Shown: piece after piece, positions 54,953-62,599 of the stretch | How the letters are laid out: the number at the start of each line of letters is the position of its first letter | Numbering within the stretch: position 1 is the first letter of the stretch | Source of the DNA: a virus | DNA length: 64,000 bases | Virus record (IMG/VR): IMGVR_UViG_3300049979_000188 | Strand: one strand, 5' to 3' | Program-made: the position numbers and the translations under genes | The notes under the pieces: generated by a model | Databases searched by the model: none | What the model saw: the letters and a program-made list of their open reading frames with translations, nothing else | What the model was told of the DNA's origin: nothing

Positions 54953-55333
54953 TTAAATGGGTTCAAAACGGATGGTGAGCTCTTTCTCTGGGTAGCAGGC
55001 CAGCGGCAGGTACTCAGCCAAGGCCTGCAAGACTGCCTGGCGCAGGCCCTGCGGAGTCGGGGCTTCTACGGCGATAAGCTTGTCGGAAGTCGTGGCCTTA
55101 AAGCCCTTGACCGTACGCTCCATGTGGAACGTGATGTGATGGCTGCGCGTCATAAGTAAAGCTAGTTCACCAGCAGGAATCCCCGCGACGTTGGTCACCG
55201 AGGGTTCCGTAACGCACTCGACACCTGGTCGATGCGCTGAAGTGATTGGTCTTACAAATATACGGGTAAACTTGGTTTGGACAACTACGTAAAGAAAAAA
55301 CCTCAACCAAAAAATTGGTTGAGGTTTTAACAA
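54953..55333 (-). CDS. hypothetical protein
   Basis: ORF start overlaps a terminator, so the true start is probably further downstream. Confidence 0.4.
   Translation of the reverse strand: MLKPQPIFWLRFFLYVVVQTKFTRIFVRPITSAHRPGVECVTEPSVTNVAGIPAGELALLMTRSHHITFHMERTVKGFKATTSDKLIAVEAPTPQGLRQAVLQALAEYLPLACYPEKELTIRFEPI
55297..55328. terminator. intrinsic terminator after tRNA-scaffold RNA A
   Basis: AAAACCTCAACCAA/TTGGTTGAGGTTTT. Confidence 0.75.
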
Positions 55334-55338
55334 AGAAG

Positions 55339-55451
55339 GCCGGGTGCCGGGAGTCGAACCCGGACGTCAGGTTGCAACCCTGACCGGAGCGCGTTTGCGA
55401 GGTAAGCCTCCGGCGTCTGCATCACTGCGCACCAATTTCGCCACACCCGGC
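55339..55451 (-). ncRNA. tRNA-scaffold RNA A (Leu-type body; 12-nt D-loop insert, 18-nt anticodon loop, G-1:C73)
   Basis: (G)CCGGGTG/CACCCGG(C); GCGAAATTGGT-[GCGCAGTGATGC]-AGACGC; CGGAG/CTCCG stem; GTCAGG/CCTGAC variable arm; CCGGG-TTCGACT-CCCGG. Confidence 0.8.
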
Positions 55452-55458
55452 TTTTTCG

Positions 55459-55770
55459 TTACCCTGGCGCAGGCGCTTCGGGTAGGGGTGTGATAATAAC
55501 TTGTCCCGTTAGCAGGATACGCCTGCCGCTATCCAGGTCAAAAAACGTATAGTGGACATTATCGGGCGCGAGGGTGACTTCGCCCTGGGCGAGGTAGGTC
55601 CGAAAGACCAGGCCATTCTGGATGAGCTCGACGCACGTACGCTTGCGTGCATTACGTGCCCGCTCCCGGGCATCGAGCTGTATTACCACAAAGGCCGAGA
55701 CGAGCAGCGCGCCCATTGTGGTAGCGAAATAGATGGCGTCGTAAAAGAGCGAATCAGGTTGGTAGCCCAT
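55459..55770 (-). CDS. small membrane protein
   Basis: One N-terminal TM segment. Confidence 0.55.
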   Translation of the reverse strand: MGYQPDSLFYDAIYFATTMGALLVSAFVVIQLDARERARNARKRTCVELIQNGLVFRTYLAQGEVTLAPDNVHYTFFDLDSGRRILLTGQVIITPLPEAPAPG

Positions 55771-55771
55771 T

Positions 55772-56431
55772 TTAACTGGGTGAAAACTGGTAGTCCGGAT
55801 GGAAGTTCAACCGAATCAGGGTCCGCTCCACGGGACCCGCGATAGGCAGACTCTCGTGAATGCCGAGTGAATTGAGAAAGTAGACTTCGTTGGCCGGCAT
55901 CACGTGCGTGGCCAGGTGGTCGGTGCTGATTGCCGCGCAGCAGCCCCCGGGTCCGAACTCGCCGTCGTATTCCCCCTCGTAAACCTGGCAGCCGGCCACA
56001 TTGGAGACCAGCAGCATACCACCAGGCTCCAGTCCCGGCTTCCAGTAACCACCGGTCTGCGCCCAGTTGCGCGGCATACGATGCTGGCCGGCCGGTGCCG
56101 GGCGATGTGAGCCACCGGGAGTGGGACAGGGTGTGGCGATATGCGAGCCCTGGGCCACGTGCATGCCCGGGGTTTCGTACCAGTTGTAATCCACATGCTT
56201 GCCCCCGCGCCGGTGGGTCGTGTTAATGATACGCTTCTCGTCGATGGTGACGTAGCCCACAGCGTTGCGGGCACTGACCTGCGTGAGCATCTGCTCCAGT
56301 ACGGGTACGTAATCAGCAAAGCCTTCGGGCAGCTGCAGCGTGTCGAGCCCCACGCGGTGCATGTAGAGACTACGCTGCGCAAAGGCTGGCATGGCGCGGA
56401 TTTGACCGACGGGCTGGGCGACACTAAGCAT
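55772..56431 (-). CDS. Putative 2OG-Fe(II) dioxygenase
   Basis: HRRGGKHVD (HxD), distal LGIHES (H), RTLIRL (R). Confidence 0.65.
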   Translation of the reverse strand: MLSVAQPVGQIRAMPAFAQRSLYMHRVGLDTLQLPEGFADYVPVLEQMLTQVSARNAVGYVTIDEKRIINTTHRRGGKHVDYNWYETPGMHVAQGSHIATPCPTPGGSHRPAPAGQHRMPRNWAQTGGYWKPGLEPGGMLLVSNVAGCQVYEGEYDGEFGPGGCCAAISTDHLATHVMPANEVYFLNSLGIHESLPIAGPVERTLIRLNFHPDYQFSPS

Positions 56432-56454
56432 ACAAAAAAGGGCTGATTTTAGCT

Positions 56455-56484
56455 AGTTTACGGGTATACGCAGTACTGCGTTAC
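56455..56484 (-). promoter_or_regulatory. promoter motif GTAAC-N17-CGTAAACT
   Basis: Spacer contains palindrome CGCAGTACTGCG. Confidence 0.8.
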
Positions 56485-56492
56485 GCCCTGAG

Positions 56493-57020
56493 TTAGTAAG
56501 CCCAGTTATGGGTAACAATAGCAGGGATACCTAACTTAGCAAGTAACAAATCCAGGGTTTCCTTGTCGAGCCGGCCGTACTGAGTCAGCTCTTCTCCGTC
56601 CACAATAAGGTCCGTGCCCGTGGTATAACAGCACCCATCGCCGCAAGTGTGGTCCCATTCACGAATGGTAATACGATGAGGCTTTTTCGAATCCACAAGG
56701 GGATACGGCTTTTGGGTTTGAATTTTACCGGGGCCGAGCCAATAAATAATTGGCAGACTACCCGTCTCGTAATCGAGAGTGTCTGCTATGGTTAGCAGTA
56801 GACTCTCATCAGCAAAAGCAGCCTCGAATTGGGCAACGGTGTCGTAGACGAAGTTGTCCCAACTTTGAGTGCCCACATACAGCTGCTCAGCTGTATCAAC
56901 TGCTTCCACAATATGGGTTTTGGTCGACTGGTCGTAGGTATACTTGAATTGCAGCTTGGGGTGCTCAACTAGTTGAGCATCAAGTAAGGCAATGAGGTAC
57001 TTCTCAGCTTCCTCGTTCAT
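56493..57020 (-). CDS. hypothetical protein
   Basis: 175-aa ORF between RNA genes. Confidence 0.6.
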   Translation of the reverse strand: MNEEAEKYLIALLDAQLVEHPKLQFKYTYDQSTKTHIVEAVDTAEQLYVGTQSWDNFVYDTVAQFEAAFADESLLLTIADTLDYETGSLPIIYWLGPGKIQTQKPYPLVDSKKPHRITIREWDHTCGDGCCYTTGTDLIVDGEELTQYGRLDKETLDLLLAKLGIPAIVTHNWAY

Positions 57021-57037
57021 AGTAGGTAAAAAGTATG

Positions 57038-57110
57038 TCGGGGTACTCGGGCTCGAACCGAGGACCTCTCCCTCATGAGGGGAGCGCTCTACCAGCTGAG
57101 CTAAGGAGGC
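57038..57110 (-). pseudogene. tRNA(CAT)-like gene with unpaired acceptor stem
   Basis: Perfect D, anticodon (CTCCC-CT-CAT-GA-GGGAG) and T arms, but 5' GCCTCCT cannot pair with 3' TACCCCG. Confidence 0.75.
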
Positions 57111-57116
57111 AAAATT

Positions 57117-57335
57117 TTACTTACCGTAGATGGTTGTCTTGCGGCCGTCTACCCAGTACGTGGTGCTTACGCTGTCCTGCTGGGTACTGTCCGCTTCAAT
57201 CGGGTAGTTGAGGCCTTGCTGATAAAGGGTTACGGCTCGACGCTTGCCAAAACGGGTCCCACTACCCAATGAGAAAAAATAAAGCACCAGCAGGGTTAGA
57301 ATCAGTGCTAACAATAGGGTACGTTTGTTTTCCAT
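57117..57335 (-). CDS. small membrane-anchored protein
   Basis: N-terminal hydrophobic helix; start refined. Confidence 0.45.
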   Translation of the reverse strand: MENKRTLLLALILTLLVLYFFSLGSGTRFGKRRAVTLYQQGLNYPIEADSTQQDSVSTTYWVDGRKTTIYGK

Positions 57336-57365
57336 TGAGAAAGAATAAATAACTTGAAAGTCAGC

Positions 57366-57435
57366 GTAGCGGTCTTCCATGGTTGAACCTGGGAAGAGAT
57401 TCTGCCGCCTGGCTCTACCGCTGAGCATCCCGTGC
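57366..57435 (-). pseudogene. degenerate tRNA remnant
   Basis: GCTC-AGCGGTA-GAGC D arm and GGTTCAACC T-loop remnant; other stems broken. Confidence 0.45.
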
Positions 57436-57513
57436 AACCGTACAACTGGTCAGGCAGGCGAGGGGTAACCTCCCGCCGACGTACGACTTGGCGGGGTTTT
57501 CCATTCAAGTTTT

Positions 57514-57846
57514 CTACTTAATCCACTCCGCCAGACCTGCTTCCATCGCTTCAGCGATGGTGTGCGTGGGATTAGCCTGCAAATCCTTCATAGCCCAAAG
57601 CAATACTTCTGCCTCCAGCTTAAAGGCGCGGGCCTCCGTAAGGCCATTGTCAATGGCGGCAAGCTCTTGCTCAACCGGCACCTGATTCGAGGAGGGGTTT
57701 GCCGCACAAAAAGCTTCGTGGGTGAGGTTGCGCCCCGTCTCAGGGTCGAAGCCGGTGCCCCAAAAATCAGGTGCGCCGGGCAGCGCTGAGTTAAAAAGTG
57801 TTTTGGAATCACCTGAGCTCAGGTGGTCGTTGCGGTAAGTTTCCAT
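57514..57846 (-). CDS. hypothetical protein
   Basis: ...LEAEVLLWAMKDLQANP..TIAEAMEAGLAEWIK. Confidence 0.6.
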   Translation of the reverse strand: METYRNDHLSSGDSKTLFNSALPGAPDFWGTGFDPETGRNLTHEAFCAANPSSNQVPVEQELAAIDNGLTEARAFKLEAEVLLWAMKDLQANPTHTIAEAMEAGLAEWIK

Positions 57847-57860
57847 GATGAAAAATAAGG

Positions 57861-57962
57861 TGGCGCAGACAAGTGGACTCGAACCACCGACCTCCTACCG
57901 TACCGTTGAAGAATTGAACTCCGGGGCCAATGCAGGCGCTCTACCGACTGAGCTACGTCTAC
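57861..57962 (-). ncRNA. tRNA-scaffold RNA B (33-nt anticodon loop containing a second T-loop-like hairpin; CCA encoded)
   Basis: GTAGACG/TGTCTGC-G-CCA; GCTC-AGTCGGTA-GAGC; CCTGC/GTAGG; GGTGG-TTCGAGT-CCACT. Confidence 0.85.
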
Positions 57963-58166
57963 TTACGTGCGGCTTACGTTTACCGCGAGAACACTTCCAC
58001 AGTTCCCCGACCTATCCGTTGAGGCGTTTGCATCCCTTGCCCAAGCAACCCAGGCCTTGGCTACTTGCACTTCGTGTGTATTGCACGCCCTCACCTAGCA
58101 CATTTTTCGGAAAAACAAGCGGCACGTGACCTCCGCCCCCCTCAGTTAGAACTGGATAAACTGATG

Positions 58167-58239
58167 CACACGAGATAGGGTTCGAACCTATGACCTGCGG
58201 TTTTGGAGACCGCCGCTCTACCAGCTGAGCTACCCGTGT
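58167..58239 (-). tRNA. trnW: tRNA-Trp(CCA)
   Basis: Full cloverleaf ACACGGG/CTCGTGT, GCGGT-CT-CCA-AA-ACCGC, T loop TTCGAAC. Confidence 0.93.
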
Positions 58240-58694
58240 AAATGTACTGGTGGACTTATCAAGGGTTCGTCCATGAGCCAGCCAGTACCCCGTAAAACTT
58301 GTCATCCTCCACGGTGAGGGTATTTCTTCGCACTAGTCAGGCTGTTCTTCCCCGTTTAGAAGGTCAATCGCGCATCACTGCGGGACGGCCTTCCGTTGGC
58401 CTCGAACCAACTGAATTTACTGGCGCCTTACTCAGGCTACCTACCTGTTCTCTGCCTTAGGTTACCCCAACCCTTGTCGTGAGTTGCCCGGGTGGGTGAC
58501 CCGTACCCGTGCTCGAAGGAGTCACAAACATACGGGCGCCAGCCAAGACGCAACTCAGTGTCCAAGTGCTAAGATAGCTTACCAGCCCTCTCGGCGGTAG
58601 CGTAAAGGTAGTCGGGCGTGAACTGCGAGGCGCAAGGCCAGCAAATCCAGTTCACGTAACTACCTGGTAGGGTTTGCCTACCGTAAAGTTGTAC

Positions 58695-58952
58695 TTACCT
58701 ATCAGCGAGACTATGCTTGGTAAGGGCTAGAAAGTTACCTAGCTCCTCGAAAAACTCCTCGCCGGCCAAGGCAAGTTGAGCCGTAGCATCCCCCATGGTA
58801 GCTCCTCGGGCATGAAGCAAGCGCACGGGAGTCTCTCCCACCAGTGTCAGAATAGCCACAAAGGGCTGCTCAACTGAGTCGTTCATGTTATAGCAAGTAA
58901 CACTGAAGGGGGAGACAGCAGGGGCCGTCAACGTAGGAAGCGGGAGTGTCAT
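58695..58952 (-). CDS. hypothetical protein (HicB-like fold possible)
   Basis: ..ARGATMGDATAQLALA pattern. Confidence 0.45.
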   Translation of the reverse strand: MTLPLPTLTAPAVSPFSVTCYNMNDSVEQPFVAILTLVGETPVRLLHARGATMGDATAQLALAGEEFFEELGNFLALTKHSLADR

Positions 58953-58968
58953 AAAGGAAAAGTAAGTG

Positions 58969-59054
58969 TACGGATGAAGGGAATCGAACCCTCAAGCCCG
59001 GTCAAGGGCCAACACAGTTTAAGTATGTCGTGTATCCCATTCCACCACACCCGC
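58969..59054 (-). tRNA. trnL: tRNA-Leu(TAA)
   Basis: Class II cloverleaf; ACATA-CT-TAA-AC-TGTGT; long variable arm; TTCGATT. Confidence 0.9.
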
Positions 59055-59058
59055 ATAG

Positions 59059-59217
59059 AGACAGTAGCTGGAGTCGAACCAGCGGCAAGTACCCAGGGGA
59101 CAGGTTTTATTTACTCCTCTTGTTGCCCGGCTTGCGGCCCGGCTCAAAGGTCCCCCTAAGCTGGATACCAGGTGCATCCTGACCCTCCCGCGGACTAGTC
59201 TGGGGTGTCATACTGCC
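59059..59217 (-). ncRNA. tRNA-scaffold RNA C (acceptor stem plus T arm enclosing a ~127-nt structured core)
   Basis: GGCAGTA/TACTGTC; GCTGG-TTCGACT-CCAGC; internal stems GGGGAC/GTCCCC and GGATGC/GTATCC. Confidence 0.7.
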
Positions 59218-59237
59218 AGGTTAAGCGCGTGCCCGCG

Positions 59238-59582
59238 CTAGTTCTTTGTCGCGACGAGTTGCTCGGCTAGCAGCTCCGCAACTTGTCGCAATGTATTGAG
59301 TGGCACAAAATTGTAGTCAAGCACGTTTCGCAATGCCCGGGCCAGTTTAACACGGTCCCACTCATCGAGTATTTCTTGCTCTGTAAGGTGAAGGCGAAAA
59401 TGACCGTGCTCCGTTTTCATTGTGGTTAGCAAGTAGCGCTCGCCCGGCTGTTCTACCAGGGTAAAGTACTTAGTGCCCACCGTTGCAACGGTAAACTCGT
59501 CGATTTCCCGCTCCTTAACTGGCCCGCGACTACGAAGTGCCTCGCGGTAGAGGGTCTGACCCTTTACAAGTTTTGCTGCCAT
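59238..59582 (-). CDS. beta-barrel-like phage hypothetical protein
   Basis: LVKGQTLY...TVATVGTKYFTL. Confidence 0.6.
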   Translation of the reverse strand: MAAKLVKGQTLYREALRSRGPVKEREIDEFTVATVGTKYFTLVEQPGERYLLTTMKTEHGHFRLHLTEQEILDEWDRVKLARALRNVLDYNFVPLNTLRQVAELLAEQLVATKN

Positions 59583-59722
59583 CGCGACTGATTAATAAAG
59601 GTAATAGTAGACGGGGGCGTCCCCCCTGCAAAAAGCGCATTTACAATTTATGCTATGGCCCGGACCCTGGGTTGTACCAGCGGTGTTATACTCCGCATCA
59701 TTCTTTCCGCAAATCTACTAAG

Positions 59723-59800
59723 CGGTCCCTACCGGGGTCGAACCGGTCTGATAACTCCCGTGACAGGGGAGTAGCCACGCCTACCGCAGCCCCAGGGACC
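59723..59800 (-). tRNA. trnD: tRNA-Asp(GTC)
   Basis: GGTCCCT/AGGGACC, CTCCC-CT-GTC-AC-GGGAG, TTCGACC; G73. Confidence 0.88.
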
Positions 59801-60053
59801 AGAATTGCCCGGAATTTGACCAGTAACCTCCCACACCGGGCTGGTGGGTTATCGCCTGGCACCCACATGAAGGGCTAGTCAAGGTCTTCCCCTTGCGTCG
59901 TCCCGTTATACCTCAATTGGCGAGGGTAGTGCCTGCATCTAAGAGCGCCATGGCGGAGTGTCTACGGGAACACTCACTTCAAGAGGGTGACCAGTTATAC
60001 GATACTAGTCGAAAACGCCGTGCCTCCAGGCTTACTGCTTAAACAGAAGGATT

Positions 60054-60281
60054 CTATTCCGTAAAGACCAGTGTGTCATGTTCATTGACCACCGTGGGCG
60101 GGTATTCGCCAGGAGCACACACGTAGGGCAGCTCATTCCAGGGGGTCTGGCCATCACCCACTTTGAGTTGCCGCGTCGTTTCGTCGTAGGCCGGCTCGCG
60201 TAGGCCCAGAATCGGGTTTACTTGCTGCCAGTTTTCGCTGCTGTCGCCACGTAGGCGAATGCGCGTGGGGGTGTCATCCAT
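60054..60281 (-). CDS. Stand-alone Mtd_N / hyaluronidase N-terminal-like domain
   Basis: RIRLRGDSSENWQQVNPIL...EPAYDETTRQLKVGDGQTPWNELPY. Confidence 0.8.
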   Translation of the reverse strand: MDDTPTRIRLRGDSSENWQQVNPILGLREPAYDETTRQLKVGDGQTPWNELPYVCAPGEYPPTVVNEHDTLVFTE

Positions 60282-60529
60282 GGTCGTAGAAGTTAAGTGG
60301 TTGAAGGAGGGAAAACTAGTACGGTATCACCCACTACTAGAATTACAGGGTCATCGTTGACCGTCGTTTTAGGTTTATCAGTCATGGGCAAACTTACAGT
60401 ACCTACTTAAAAGGTGCCCAAGCCGAGTACAGACTAGCGCGTAATGGCTGGCCTTGCGAGCCTTGCCGACGAACCAGTCACTGGAATCGAACCGTAAAGT
60501 ACTTCACTGACTTTCGGCCGGCTTGGGTA

Positions 60530-60605
60530 TGGAGCGAGAGAACGGGTTCGAACCGTCGACCTGCTGCTTGGAAGGCAGCCGCTCTACCAACTGAGCTACT
60601 CTCGC
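60530..60605 (-). tRNA. trnG: tRNA-Gly(TCC), CCA encoded
   Basis: GCGAGAG/CTCTCGC, GCTGC-CT-TCC-AA-GCAGC, T73-CCA. Confidence 0.95.
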
Positions 60606-60850
60606 AAAGTGGACTGGACTTATTAGCTCCAGCCCCTCCGACTTGCGCAGTGTTGTTACGACCCCTTGACCCGGGCTACACGGTCAAGCCGTAACCAAGT
60701 GGGCTAGCACCACTTCACTGGGAGTCCGCATCGTCACCAGCACATACGTCCGGGAGAGGCTAGGCGGCGCACCGATTAGAAGAGGACCGATTCGACGGTC
60801 TCCCTGGGCCCAGGGACCACTGAGAAGAGCTACTTTACGCCGCGCTTATA

Positions 60851-60874
60851 CCATTGTCTGGTACCAGACAATGG
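60851..60874. repeat. perfect 24-bp palindrome
   Basis: CCATTGTCTGGTACCAGACAATGG. Confidence 0.9.
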
Positions 60875-60925
60875 AGCTACGTTGACTCTTGTTCAGTGTG
60901 CTGGTCTATCCCAGCTGCTCTTTTG

Positions 60926-60997
60926 GTCACAGAGATGGACTCGAACCACCGACCACCCTCCTTGCGGGGGTACTCTACCACCTGAGCTACCTGCAAC
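60926..60997 (-). ncRNA. tRNA-scaffold RNA D (anticodon loop replaced by GCAA tetraloop; G-1:C73)
   Basis: (G)TTGCAGG/TCTGTGA(C); GCTC-AGGTGGTA-GAGT; CCCCC-GCAA-GG-A-GGG; GGTGG-TTCGAGT-CCATC. Confidence 0.8.
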
Positions 60998-61145
60998 AAA
61001 CAAGGTTCTGTTAATCCAGTACCCACAACCGCTTCAAACGAGGCTCCCCGCTTACCTGGGAACCGGATGGGTAAGCATCCTGAGTTACGTTTTCTACTCA
61101 TTTACCGTAGGGTATTATGCTTGCGCAGCGGCTACCACGGTAAGT

Positions 61146-61268
61146 TAGGACGTAGGGGAATCGCACCCCTGCTTGGTTCAGCCTGGGCGCCTGCCCGGGG
61201 ATGGGCGCCGTCAAAGGCTTCTCTTACTCCTGGGATTTGGAGCGTGCTCTCTACTACACCAACGTCTT
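61146..61268 (-). ncRNA. tRNA-scaffold RNA E (8-nt anticodon loop, 55-nt variable-region insert)
   Basis: AAGACGT/ACGTCCT; GTGT..GCAC D stem; GCTCC-AAATCCCA-GGAGT; AGGGG-TGCGATT-CCCCT. Confidence 0.65.
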
Positions 61269-61371
61269 TTTATGGTGATAACTTGGTGTTGCTTACATAC
61301 CTTACCGGTCTGAATTCGAACCAGTTAAGTAATTTTGCCGACCTTTACGGGACAAACCACGTTACCACCTG

Positions 61372-61488
61372 AGCCAAGGGAAGGACTCGAACCTCCACAG
61401 CTGCTGAGAATCCTCTTAAGCAAGACCCCGTCGGGTTATTCACTTGCAGCTTATGTTGAATTTACGGTTTGCCATACCGAACCCTGAC
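61372..61488 (-). ncRNA. tRNA-scaffold RNA F (anticodon arm replaced by a branched ~65-nt domain)
   Basis: GTCAGGG/CCTTGGC; CGGT-ATGGCAA-ACCG; AGCTGC/GCAGCT closing a 41-nt loop; GGAGG-TTCGAGT-CCTTC. Confidence 0.75.
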
Positions 61489-61880
61489 TTGTTCTGGAAT
61501 TTGGCCGCGTATTCTGTTCTTTGCGACGGGTCTTAGTTCACGTATATTCCAGTTACCCAGCTGTCGAATCAAGGCGGCGTGCATCCCGCACACCTGATGT
61601 TCCCCGACCTTGTCCTGACACATCTTCGGACAAACAGAGACTCCAGCTCATAAGGGTCGGCCTGCCAGCTCAGGTATGCCCCAGGCCTTCGCATGCAAAC
61701 CAAACCCTTACCTCAGTACCCGACAGCTTGATTTACATCAGGGGCTGCCGGGAATAGGCGTTGAAAAAGTAACCGGTGGGTTGCAAATTAACCGATTTTC
61801 CTAGTCCCCCCACCTACTACCGTGCAACTAGTAGTAGGAATCTCGCGGTATCAGAAGATGCTGCCATCACTTTTTCATCG

Positions 61881-61953
<73 letters not shown>

Positions 61954-62384
61954 TTGTGTAAGTTCTACTACTTTTACGCAGCCTCAAAAGTTCACCAGAA
62001 CTAGTAAATCTTTAAGGCTGCGTAGGCATAGTGGGTGCTGCTGAGGACTTTCACCTTCTTTTCCTTTAGCTACCAGGTGGGGCGTACCCTTTACCAGGCT
62101 CCTCCCCTCGATTTCCCGTCTCGAAGGGCCGGCAGCACAATGCATGTGCGTCGACTGACATTAGCACTGCGTAGGAACGGCTAGTAACCGTACGCGCAGT
62201 CAGTTGAAGTGTCCACCGTTACCGGCGACTCACAAAAAGTTTGAGGGCGTACGTGCGGTACGCAACCACGCGGGATTTTTACCCGCCAAGGCGACTGACC
62301 CTGAGCCACTACAGCTCAATTGGTTGTGCTCTCTTCAAGCCACTATTACCTAATCGCCCCGGTGTTCGTTCCACTGCCTCAAGT

Positions 62385-62520
62385 CAATTCGGGATGGCTT
62401 TGAACCATCGCCCTACCAGGGATAAGCTGGTAGTACCCGTTTTCAGCTTGAAGTATCACCTTCAGACTGGGGGTGTCGCAGGCCTTGAGCCCGCCGCTCT
62501 GACCACTGAGCTACCGAATG
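62385..62520 (-). ncRNA. tRNA-scaffold RNA G (CAA anticodon arm retained, 68-nt multi-hairpin variable region)
   Basis: CATTCGG/CCGAATT; GCTC-AGTGGTCA-GAGC; GCGGG-CTCAAGG-CCTGC; TGAAG/CTTCA and CTACCAG/CTGGTAG hairpins; GATGG-TTCAAAG-CCATC. Confidence 0.75.
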
Positions 62521-62599
62521 ATTTTTTGAAAGAGCTTGTCTTTCATCCTTTTGCCAACAAGTCAAAGACCTTTGCGACTTCAACCTGCTGCCGAAGTAC

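Noticed and set aside
55419-58380. Shared 10-mer GCAGTGATGC in element A D-loop insert and the 58.3-kb block
   Set aside because: A single shared 10-mer within ~10 kb is expected by chance.
60468-60525. Possible ~60-nt mini-tRNA (acceptor-like pairing, one hairpin, bulged T arm)
   Set aside because: Pairing needs several mismatches and bulges; kept only as a remnant within the spacer finding.
61540-61600. GATTCGACAG on the minus strand resembling the 5' end of tmRNA
   Set aside because: No GGGG acceptor with G3:U70, no matching T-arm/CCA end and no tag ORF found.
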